Shown one piece after another: positions 10,234 through 21,008 of a stretch of 64,000 bases of DNA. Source of the stretch: Alkalispirochaeta sp. (GTDB lineage: Bacteria; Spirochaetota; Spirochaetia; DSM-27196; Alkalispirochaetaceae). The notes beneath the pieces are model-generated. The model was not told the DNA's origin and did no database searches. It saw only the letters and a program-made list of their open reading frames with translations. Numbering within the stretch: the first letter of the stretch is position 1; the number at the start of each line of letters is the position of its first letter. Position numbers and translations under genes: made by a program. The DNA lies in contig OZ271854.1 in assembly GCA_965601925.1 (NCBI GenBank), positions 3,360,001 through 3,424,000 of the forward strand, given 5' to 3'.

Positions 10234-10867
10234 AGCGTTTCGGATACTCGGGCTTGATCCCGGCGCGCCCGTACAGACGGTAAAGGCCCGTTTTCGCGGC
10301 CTGGTTAAACGCGTGCATCCCGATGCGCGGCCGGCCGTGGGCCGCGCCGAGAGTATGGATGTCGGGACGATTACCGAGGCGTATCGTGTCATATCGCAGA
10401 CGTGGAGCGGGACACCTCGCTCGGCGCCCGACGGTCGGGAGCGGCGCGAAGCGGGAGCGGCGGGTAGGCGTGCGCCAAAGAGTACGCGTGTAGACCGGGG
10501 GAGTCGACTGTTCGATTTAGGGCGACTGGCGACGTCGGCGGCTCGTTCGGAGACGAGACGGTCGGCGCTCAGGGAACTCGGTCGCTCCGATATGTTCTCC
10601 GCGGTCGTCTACGTACAGCGCGCCTTATTCGATCCCGATCCGTCGGTGGCGTGCGAGGCCGCATCGATACTGCCGACGCTTCCCGGTATCGGTACCGAGA
10701 GGCTCCTCCTCGAGGTGTTCGATCGACTATCGGTAGCGCAGCGGCTGTGTGTACTGCGCACGATTCGGGACGCGTCGCTTCGAATGCCGCGCCTCGTTGC
10801 GTATGCTACGGCCGATTTGCATCCTCCCGTTCGAAGGCTTGCGGGAGATTTATACCGGTGGACGTGA
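10220..10867 (+). CDS. J-domain protein with C-terminal HEAT-like repeats
   Basis: GTG at 10220 after AAAGGAG; AFRILGL...ARFRGLVKRVHPD J-domain with intact HPD; ALFDPDPSVACEAA HEAT-like motif. Confidence 0.85.
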   Translation: MQRREAFRILGLDPGAPVQTVKARFRGLVKRVHPDARPAVGRAESMDVGTITEAYRVISQTWSGTPRSAPDGRERREAGAAGRRAPKSTRVDRGSRLFDLGRLATSAARSETRRSALRELGRSDMFSAVVYVQRALFDPDPSVACEAASILPTLPGIGTERLLLEVFDRLSVAQRLCVLRTIRDASLRMPRLVAYATADLHPPVRRLAGDLYRWT

Positions 10868-12531
10868 CCGAACCGTTGAAAAATAGACTCGCTCGGCTCG
10901 CTGAGACGGTAGAGCTTCATCTCTTGGAAGAATCGGATCCACCGTCGTCTTTGACGCCGGATATCGCCTCGGTCTTGGATGAGGTGCGTTTTCTCGGAGC
11001 CGACGACGTCGTCAATGTGCTCGAAGGTATTCGTCATCATCTCGAAGCGGATCCGCAATCGACGGACGATGAGTCGGATGAGCTTCTACCGCTCGTGTTT
11101 CGTCTCCGCGACCTTAGCGACGAGGCGGTCGAGATCGAAGAAGCCGCGACGGGCGAAAACGAGTATGTCGATCTCGATCTTCGTCCGGAGGTCGAAAGGG
11201 TTCTGATGCTCACCGAAGCGGACGAGCGATTGGTTAATGCCGGGGTCCAAAGCGGTGCGCGGATCTTTCTTATCGAGGTACGCGCGGAGACACGCGCTCT
11301 CGATGCGGTCCACGATGCGGTTGAGGCGCACTTTCGCGTCGTGCGGAGTCTTCGCCACGAGCAATCAGGTCGACTCACCTCCTTGGTCGTCGACACTACC
11401 GAGCCGGACGTGCGCCGGGCGCTCGAAGAGCGTCTCGATATCAAAGGGGTCGAAATTGCGGTACGCCCGGTGGACGGAGACGAGTTGCACCACCGGACGA
11501 TCGTCGCGTCCGGAGGGTATCGAGCGCTCCCGCGAATATCGGTCGCGGCGGACGCCGCAGCGCTGGAACGCATCTGGCTGTTTGCCGCGTTACTCGCGCC
11601 GAAGGTGGACGAAGCGGCTACCTCGGGATTGTGGAGCGACTTTCGTGCCGCCCTCGGTGAGGCGTTGACTATTGACGTTCCGACGCTTCTGGCGGATCTG
11701 CGAGAGCCGCTGGAGACGATGGCGCGCGCGAAGCATAGACCGGTACGTATTATCTTTTCCGGGGAGCCGCAACCGATCGGCGCGGAGATCGCCGAGAGTC
11801 TCCGCGAGACGGTCTTTGAGCTGTTGTCCAACGCAATTGCCCATGGAATCGAGACTGAAGCGGAGCGCGAGAGCGCCGGCAAACGAGCGATTGGAACGAT
11901 TCGGTGTATCGCCCAGTCTCGTCATCCCGGCCTCACGCTGAGGGTGCAGGACGACGGGCGCGGCGCCGACGAGACTGCGGTACGTCGGGCATTCTCCGGA
12001 CGTCGTCGCGGAGGACTCGCACGGGCGCGAAAGCTCGTTCGGGATCATCTGGGCGGGTGTATCGGCCTTCGTTCGAGCTCCCGCGGCACCACCGTGACCA
12101 TAGACCTACCGGCGGTCCGGGGAGTCTTTAGGGGATTGCCGTTTCGGAGAGGCGAAATCGACTTTGCGATTCCCGCCGCAATCACCGAAGCCGCGGAAGC
12201 GATCGTCGCGGAGCGAGTCGTTGTCGATGGGGCCGGCGGACGCTTTCTACGCTACCAACGGCGCGTCGTGCCGTTGGTCGAACCCCAACCGTCCGTCGCG
12301 CGGCAGGACGAGGGAGCGGAGGCGTCCGAAGCGCCGATCGGCCGCGACGACGATGGGCTCGACAATCGGCCGACCGCCGCGGTAGTGATACGTATCGGCG
12401 GGGCCCCGATCGCCCTGGCTGCCGACTACGTCGGAGACGAGACGGTGATGGTGTCTATGGAGGATGGAACGGTTTCTTTGCCGTCCGACCAAGGGCGCCG
12501 CCTCGCGGCGGTCTCGCTACGCGGGTTATAA
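10858..12531 (+). CDS. Degenerate CheA-like protein (probable pseudokinase)
   Basis: ELLSNAIAHGIETEAERESAGKRAIGTI and VQDDGRG (CheA P4), C-terminal CheW-like region; no HxxKG in the N-terminal helical domain; start codon inferred. Confidence 0.8.
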   Translation: MDVTEPLKNRLARLAETVELHLLEESDPPSSLTPDIASVLDEVRFLGADDVVNVLEGIRHHLEADPQSTDDESDELLPLVFRLRDLSDEAVEIEEAATGENEYVDLDLRPEVERVLMLTEADERLVNAGVQSGARIFLIEVRAETRALDAVHDAVEAHFRVVRSLRHEQSGRLTSLVVDTTEPDVRRALEERLDIKGVEIAVRPVDGDELHHRTIVASGGYRALPRISVAADAAALERIWLFAALLAPKVDEAATSGLWSDFRAALGEALTIDVPTLLADLREPLETMARAKHRPVRIIFSGEPQPIGAEIAESLRETVFELLSNAIAHGIETEAERESAGKRAIGTIRCIAQSRHPGLTLRVQDDGRGADETAVRRAFSGRRRGGLARARKLVRDHLGGCIGLRSSSRGTTVTIDLPAVRGVFRGLPFRRGEIDFAIPAAITEAAEAIVAERVVVDGAGGRFLRYQRRVVPLVEPQPSVARQDEGAEASEAPIGRDDDGLDNRPTAAVVIRIGGAPIALAADYVGDETVMVSMEDGTVSLPSDQGRRLAAVSLRGL

Positions 12532-12576
12532 AAAAATGGAGGCGGCTCGCCTGGACGTCGTTCGCGTGCCGCCTCC
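12530..12576 (-). terminator. Rho-independent terminator (minus strand)
   Basis: GGAGGCGGC (12538-12546)/GCCGCCTCC (12568-12576) stem followed by 7 T on the minus strand. Confidence 0.8.
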
Positions 12577-12602
12577 GTGAATGATCACATAATCACTCGT
12601 TG
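12530..12602 (-). ncRNA. Candidate ~70-nt sigma28-dependent small RNA
   Basis: Lies between a sigma28-like promoter (12609-12636) and the terminator; no ORF; two predicted hairpins. Confidence 0.45.
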
Positions 12603-12608
12603 CTTTTA

Positions 12609-12636
12609 TTATCGGAACGGCGCACAGTCGACTTGA
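12609..12636 (-). promoter_or_regulatory. Sigma28-like promoter
   Basis: TCAA-N16-TCCGATAA on the minus strand, versus consensus TAAA-N15/16-GCCGATAA. Confidence 0.55.
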
Positions 12637-12663
12637 TTCTTTATTGCCTCCTCCCGAATCCAC

Positions 12664-14535
12664 TCAGGCGCAATAGCGCAGCAGAAGCGCTCTATGGTAC
12701 TCCGCCGCTTCACTCAGGGCGGTATAGATCACGCGCGCCTGCGAAATACTCTCACGCGCGGTGGTGGGAACGCGTGTCGTCGCCTCTTCCAACGCCTCGG
12801 CGGCGAGAAATCCGGCGAGCTCACGATGGGTGAGGGAAGATAGGCGACGGTCGATCTCGTCGAGAGCACCGAGCGCCTTCCGTACTGTCGCCCCGTCGTT
12901 GTGCGCGTCGTCGGAGGAGAGCGCGTCGTCGGCGGCATCACACGTCGTCAAACCGTCGACGGCGATGGTGCGTATCTCGCATAGGCTCGCAGTCAGGCGC
13001 TCCACGAGGTCGTCCCCTCCGGTTCTCGTCCTCGCGGCTACGGCGGCAAGCGCCGAGCGCGCCGCCTCAAGCGCCTTTCCGGTCGCAGGAGTATCGGTAA
13101 GCCATTCTCGAGGACTTGTGTATGGAACGCCGCGAATTGCGCTGCTCTCCGGTGAGAATAGTACCGTCCGAATCTCCGGATGGCGCTGCGCCTGCTCCTC
13201 GAACCATCCGCGATAGACATCCATCCGTGCATCGCTCACTACCGGTTTGCCGGCGGCGGACGGCACGAACGCCGCCTCGGCACCGTGAAGGTACTTCCAC
13301 AGACCGTGTTCCGCGGGGCGTAGTCGTGCGGCGATGCGCTGTAGGCGGACTTCGAAAAATGAATCGCGGCAGTGCGTCTGGTAGCCGGGAAAGCCCAAAT
13401 CGACCCCGGCAAGGGCGATGTGCGTCGCGCCGAGGACGCGGGCGAGATCCCACGCCGATGTCGCTACCGAGCCACCGGCCCCCAACTTGAGAGTCCGTCC
13501 GACAAGGGCATCGAAAAACGAGCCCAACGGAAAGAGCGACGCGGAGACGAGGGTCGGGCCGGTCCACAACCGCAGTGTCCGAGGGTGGGTGGCGGGTTCG
13601 GCGACCAGAACCGTCGCGGCGCCGCGGACCGAGTCGAGGTGGCGGGTATTCCAATACTGCGGATCGGCGATGATCGCGATGTCGGCATCCAGACCCACAC
13701 GTTGCAATGCGGAAACCGCCGTATCGACCGCAATAACCAAAGCGTGACGAGTAAGGCTTGCGAGGTGCGGCAGCGTGGCATCCAGGGTGGGGCCCGCTCC
13801 GCATACGACCGCCGGGACTCCGGCGGCGATACCCGCCAATCGGTCGATATCGGGAATGACACCCCACCGGCGAATCGTATGCAGCGTGTTGCGCACCCAC
13901 AGTTTTCCGAACCGGCGGAGGGTGTTACGGTTCACGCGTCGTCGCTGCATATAGCGACGCAACTCGTCTCGAATGCGTTCAAAGCGTTCTTTTTGGGCCG
14001 CGGCGAGGCTCGCCAGTTCTGCGCATACCGGGTCGTCAATACCGAGGTCGCGCAGAATGGGCGCCAGCGTTCCGGGCAGCCACGCCGGAACGAGTCGATC
14101 GGGACCGTAAGCGCACCACCACGCCGCATTGCGATGGGCGAGGGCCGCGCTCAGAATCGCAGGCGACAGACAGATCACGACGATCGATCCGCCGAGATAT
14201 GACGACCCGCGCGCCTCGGCCAGCGCTTCGAGATGGTGGCCGAGGCCGAGGCCGATGATCACGACGCCGGCTCCCGCGTTGTCCGCCTTCTCCGCCTCGA
14301 CGACGAGCCCTGCGGCGATACGGTCGGCCTCTTTGCGCGGATCTATCGAGCTATGTATCCACCGTCCCGCGACGCGTAGGCTCGTATCTCCGGTGCGCGT
14401 GGGGCGGAGCTCGACGTGCAGACGCTCGTCGTCGTCGATCGCGGTGGCGTCGTTCAAGGCTGCGCGAATATCCTCGGCGAGGTGCGGCCGGCAGCGCATC
14501 AAAACGGAGAGATCGGTACTATGGGACCTCGTCAT
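12664..14535 (-). CDS. Motility-associated factor (Maf, MAF_flag10/DUF115) family glycosyltransferase
   Basis: IHSSIDPRKEA, IIGLGLGHHL, VVCGAGPTL, IAVDTA, GGSVATSAW, LAGVDLGF motifs. Confidence 0.8.
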   Translation of the reverse strand: MTRSHSTDLSVLMRCRPHLAEDIRAALNDATAIDDDERLHVELRPTRTGDTSLRVAGRWIHSSIDPRKEADRIAAGLVVEAEKADNAGAGVVIIGLGLGHHLEALAEARGSSYLGGSIVVICLSPAILSAALAHRNAAWWCAYGPDRLVPAWLPGTLAPILRDLGIDDPVCAELASLAAAQKERFERIRDELRRYMQRRRVNRNTLRRFGKLWVRNTLHTIRRWGVIPDIDRLAGIAAGVPAVVCGAGPTLDATLPHLASLTRHALVIAVDTAVSALQRVGLDADIAIIADPQYWNTRHLDSVRGAATVLVAEPATHPRTLRLWTGPTLVSASLFPLGSFFDALVGRTLKLGAGGSVATSAWDLARVLGATHIALAGVDLGFPGYQTHCRDSFFEVRLQRIAARLRPAEHGLWKYLHGAEAAFVPSAAGKPVVSDARMDVYRGWFEEQAQRHPEIRTVLFSPESSAIRGVPYTSPREWLTDTPATGKALEAARSALAAVAARTRTGGDDLVERLTASLCEIRTIAVDGLTTCDAADDALSSDDAHNDGATVRKALGALDEIDRRLSSLTHRELAGFLAAEALEEATTRVPTTARESISQARVIYTALSEAAEYHRALLLRYCA

Positions 14536-16403
14536 TCGAGTTCCAGCCGGATGTTCATGCCGTGTTGGAACACGGTTCCCGGTGGAGGGGTCTGTCGCAC
14601 GACCCAGCCGCTGCCCTCGATGAGGACGCGGACGTCTTCGCGTCCCAAGAGCGGTAACAGTGCGCGGATCGGCAGACCCGTATAGTCGGGAATCGTACCG
14701 TCGATCGGCGGGAGTTGCGGCTTGCGGGTAGTAATGGTCCCGGGGTGCGACACGACAATATCGGTATCGCGCGGTATGTCCCAGTACGGCACAAGGAATT
14801 CGATCAGCCGGTCGACTGCCGGTGCGGCGATTCGTCCGCCGTAAAAGCTCTCGCCGCGGGGATAGTCAATGACGACATACACGATTAACTGCGGATCCTC
14901 GGTCGGAAACAACGCCAGAGTCGAGGCGATGAAATGCTCCTCCGAGTACGTTCCCGTCTCGGGATCGAAGACCTCCGCCGTTCCCGTTTTCGCTGCGACC
15001 GAGATACCTTCGACTTGAATCCGCCGCCCCGTGCTGTTGGGGTCGGTCGCACGGTCCATGAGCGAGAGCATCGTCGAGGCGGTACCGGGGGACAGCACCT
15101 CGCGAATCGGATCGCGCTCGAGACGCCGCAGCACCTCTCCGGAGGGTGAGACGATGCGATCGATGATTTGCGGGCGAAGGAGTATGCCGCCGTTTGCGAG
15201 TGTCGTTGCGGCGGCGAATATCTGGATCGCCGTCGTGCCGATCTCCTGACCGATCGCCAAGGTCGGGCGGCTGCGCGTCGACCACTCCTCAGGCGGCGCC
15301 AATAGGCCGTTCTCCTCGCCGTTCAAGTCGACTCCGGTGCGCCGGCCGAAACCGAATTGTGTCAACATCGTGTAGAAGGCGCCGGAGTCCACCCGCTCGG
15401 ATGCGTAAGCCGCGCCGACATTGCTCGAGAACTTGATGATCTCTTCGGCGTCGACCCACCCGTAGTCGGCCAAGTCGGTGATAACGTATCCGCCGTCCTG
15501 TGACCGATATCCGCCCGAAGTATTGAAGCGATCGTCGGTATCGATGCCGCCGAGCTCAAGAAAACCGGCCACGGAGAACGCCTTGAATACGCTTCCGGGC
15601 TCGTATATCTGCGATATGATGCGGTTGCGCCGCTGTTCGTCCGAGTAGTTGCGAAAGTTGTTCGGATCGAACGAGGGTTGGCTGGACAACGCGAGGAGCG
15701 CGCCGGTCCGCGCCTCTCCGACGATGATCATGACCGAGTCGGCATCGTGTTCGTCCAGAAGATCCTGTGCGATTTGGTCGGCCTCGCTCTGTATCGCGAG
15801 ATCCAGAGTGAGAAAGATTTGGTTGCCCATCATGAGCGAGAGATCGTCCTCTCTACCGGTGGGCGGCGCCAACTCTCCGGAAAACATGTACTCGATACCC
15901 GAGAGCCCCACGTTATCTACACCGGTAAAGCCGATCACCGCGGCCGCGGCGTCGCGTTCGGGGTAGCTCCGACCGGTGTCGGGTTCCAGGCGTATGCCTT
16001 GCAGACGACCCTCGCTGCGTTCGATGCGAATGCGTTCGCTCTGGCTGGGCGTGATCGTACGCTCCACGATGAGAAAGCCGTTCGCCGCGGCGAGTCGGTC
16101 CGCGAGTTCATCCTCCGATAGGTCGAGAATCTCGGCCAGAGTCCGCGCGGTAGCCTCGATGTCCTCGATCTCCGGCCTCCACGCCGTTACCGTATCCAAG
16201 CGGGTCTGAATCGCCAGAATGCGTCCCCGACGATCCATGATAGGACCGCGTTCCACCTCACCGAGCGCCGCCGAGCGCGCGGCCACCGAACCGGGAAGCA
16301 TGATCGAGGCGTACCTGAGAATGACAAGCGCGGCCAAAGACGCCACGACGATTCCGACGATCGTGAGCCGCGGCGACCGTTTGTCCGTGCTATTATGATC
16401 CAA
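14532..16403 (-). CDS. Class B penicillin-binding protein (FtsI/SpoVD-like) with PASTA-like C-terminus
   Basis: RGPIMDRRG, RSYP, EPGSVFK (SxxK), SSN, KTGT; TTG start at 16403 after GGAGG. Confidence 0.92.
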   Translation of the reverse strand: MDHNSTDKRSPRLTIVGIVVASLAALVILRYASIMLPGSVAARSAALGEVERGPIMDRRGRILAIQTRLDTVTAWRPEIEDIEATARTLAEILDLSEDELADRLAAANGFLIVERTITPSQSERIRIERSEGRLQGIRLEPDTGRSYPERDAAAAVIGFTGVDNVGLSGIEYMFSGELAPPTGREDDLSLMMGNQIFLTLDLAIQSEADQIAQDLLDEHDADSVMIIVGEARTGALLALSSQPSFDPNNFRNYSDEQRRNRIISQIYEPGSVFKAFSVAGFLELGGIDTDDRFNTSGGYRSQDGGYVITDLADYGWVDAEEIIKFSSNVGAAYASERVDSGAFYTMLTQFGFGRRTGVDLNGEENGLLAPPEEWSTRSRPTLAIGQEIGTTAIQIFAAATTLANGGILLRPQIIDRIVSPSGEVLRRLERDPIREVLSPGTASTMLSLMDRATDPNSTGRRIQVEGISVAAKTGTAEVFDPETGTYSEEHFIASTLALFPTEDPQLIVYVVIDYPRGESFYGGRIAAPAVDRLIEFLVPYWDIPRDTDIVVSHPGTITTRKPQLPPIDGTIPDYTGLPIRALLPLLGREDVRVLIEGSGWVVRQTPPPGTVFQHGMNIRLELE

Positions 16404-16749
16404 CGAAAAAAACCCTCCCGCGGATAAGCGATGCCGGTACCGCTCCAAAGTGTCTCGAATCGATGGAGTGGATCGCGTTGTCGCCACGTACAAAATATCG
16501 GTCTCGATCGATCGTTCGCTCAAGTCTTTTGATCAAAAGTGTTCCATTCTTCGGGTGATGAAACACGACGATATCCCCGGGACGCGGAGATCGTAGAAGA
16601 AAAGCCAGCCGATTAACGAGAACGACGCGCCCCTCCGGAAGGGTAGGCTCCATGCTGTGTCCGTCTACGGCGTACAACGCCACCGTCGCGTGCAGCGTCA
16701 CGCCGAACATCAAAACGGTCAACGCAACCGTGAGTACCGGAAAACGCAC
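16393..16749 (-). CDS. Minimal signal peptidase I (S26 family)
   Basis: GHSMEPTL (Ser), LIKR (Lys), GDNAIHSIDSRHFG; one N-terminal TM; 118 aa. Confidence 0.88.
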   Translation of the reverse strand: MRFPVLTVALTVLMFGVTLHATVALYAVDGHSMEPTLPEGRVVLVNRLAFLLRSPRPGDIVVFHHPKNGTLLIKRLERTIDRDRYFVRGDNAIHSIDSRHFGAVPASLIRGRVFFVGS

Positions 16750-16795
16750 ACGGAACTATAATACGCTCCATTTTTCTTGTCGATACTGCTAATGT

Positions 16796-18058
16796 ATGGT
16801 CAGTGTGATCGAGCATCAGAAGGTCGAACGACGTAAGCGTGTTCAGCGCAAACTCAAAGTCACTACGAGCGGCCCCTCCTCTCGACGACGCGTATCCGGT
16901 ATACGGCTGGTCGTATCACGCGCGCTCTCGAAGCGGATATCCGGCGGGCGTCACCCTTCGACAGTCTCGCGGACGATGCGCCCATCGACCACAGGTGTTA
17001 CGTCCGTCGTCCTTCGGCTCGCCCGTGCCGTAAAGCGACGCGCAGTCGAAGCGCTGGGACGAGGAGCCAAGCGCGTTGCTCTCCGTGGCGCCGGCATGCT
17101 CATGTTTGACGAGCGCGACGTGCCGCTCCACGGCGCCGCCCTCGCCTTCGCACTGATCGCCAATATGGTTCTCGTCTCCATGAACATCGATCGTGTGCTG
17201 CTCTCCGGAGCGGTGGCGACCGTTACGCTGCCGCCTCAGGGAGAGTTGATCGTCCGCTCGTCCTTGACGCCCCAACGGGACGAGTTTGCCGTTATCGGCG
17301 AGGTTGCCGGCGTCGATCCGTCGCGCTTCGCCGCGTTGGAGGTCGCCTCCTATACCGTGCAAGCCGACGATACGCTGGGAGAGATTGCGCTCCGGTACAA
17401 CCTCGAACTCGATACGCTTATCAGCTTTAACCAGATTGAGGACGTGCGGCGACTGCAGGTCGGCGATGTGTATCAGATTCCCAATCGCGACGGATTGCTC
17501 TACACCGTAAAGCGTGGCGACAGTGTCTCTTCGATCGCCTCGGAACACGGCACGACGGTAAACGAGATTCTCGACGTCAACGACCTTCCGACGCGCATGA
17601 TTACCGCCGGACAGGTACTCTTCGTGCCCGGTGCGCGGCTCAACTCGACCGAACTGCGAATCATCCTGGGCGAGTTGTTTGCCTGGCCGACGCGCGGCAG
17701 ATTCACCAGCGGTTTCGGTATGCGGGCCGATCCGTTCACCGGCCTGCCGCGATTTCACAACGGCATCGACCTCGCCAACCGCGTCGGCACGCCCATCCGG
17801 GCCGCCGCGTCGGGGCGGGTCGTGCACGTCGAGAGCCAAATCGGTAACTATGGGCGCTTCGTCATCGTGCGCCATCCCGACGGATTTCAGACGCTGTACG
17901 CGCATCTGAATGATTTCTCGGTACGTACCGGACAGTACGTAGAAAGGGGACAAACTGTGGGAACGATGGGGAATACGGGACGGAGCACCGGCCCGCATTT
18001 GCACTTCTCGGTGATTCACAACGGTACATTTGTAAACCCGTTGCGTTATCTACATTGA
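16796..18058 (+). CDS. LysM-containing M23 family peptidoglycan endopeptidase
   Basis: Two LysM repeats (YTVQADDTL, YTVKRGDSV), HNGID and GRSTGPHLHF; start uncertain. Confidence 0.92.
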   Translation: MVSVIEHQKVERRKRVQRKLKVTTSGPSSRRRVSGIRLVVSRALSKRISGGRHPSTVSRTMRPSTTGVTSVVLRLARAVKRRAVEALGRGAKRVALRGAGMLMFDERDVPLHGAALAFALIANMVLVSMNIDRVLLSGAVATVTLPPQGELIVRSSLTPQRDEFAVIGEVAGVDPSRFAALEVASYTVQADDTLGEIALRYNLELDTLISFNQIEDVRRLQVGDVYQIPNRDGLLYTVKRGDSVSSIASEHGTTVNEILDVNDLPTRMITAGQVLFVPGARLNSTELRIILGELFAWPTRGRFTSGFGMRADPFTGLPRFHNGIDLANRVGTPIRAAASGRVVHVESQIGNYGRFVIVRHPDGFQTLYAHLNDFSVRTGQYVERGQTVGTMGNTGRSTGPHLHFSVIHNGTFVNPLRYLH

Positions 18059-18079
18059 TCATATTAGACTTTATTCATC

Positions 18080-18154
18080 ATGCGCAGATTGGTTATTGCC
18101 GTGGTAGTGCTGTTGGCTGTGTTTTCGTTTATTAACGCGTACGCACCCGTGTAG
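18080..18154 (+). CDS. Candidate 24-aa hydrophobic small protein MRRLVIAVVVLLAVFSFINAYAPV
   Basis: ATG-TAG ORF below the ORF-track cutoff; preceded by TTGCGT-N18-TAGACT. Confidence 0.4.
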   Translation: MRRLVIAVVVLLAVFSFINAYAPV

Positions 18155-18187
18155 GCGTTCTTCACCCTGATATTTTTTAACGTTTCG

Positions 18188-20932
<2,745 letters not shown>

Positions 20933-20942
20933 AGGAACTTAC

Positions 20943-21000
20943 AGTATACCTCCCGCAAATCGGCGGTCAAGTTGACAGGTGGTCGAGGCGCGGCTACTAT
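20943..21000. promoter_or_regulatory. Back-to-back sigma70 promoters for secA and the lipoprotein operon
   Basis: Plus strand TTGACA (20972)-N17-TACTAT; minus strand TTGACC (20970)-N16-TATACT. Confidence 0.7.
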
Positions 21001-21008
21001 CGGCCCAC

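Noticed and set aside
16404..16523. Longer PBP start
   Set aside because: Lies within the signal peptidase gene; TTG at 16403 has a GGAGG RBS
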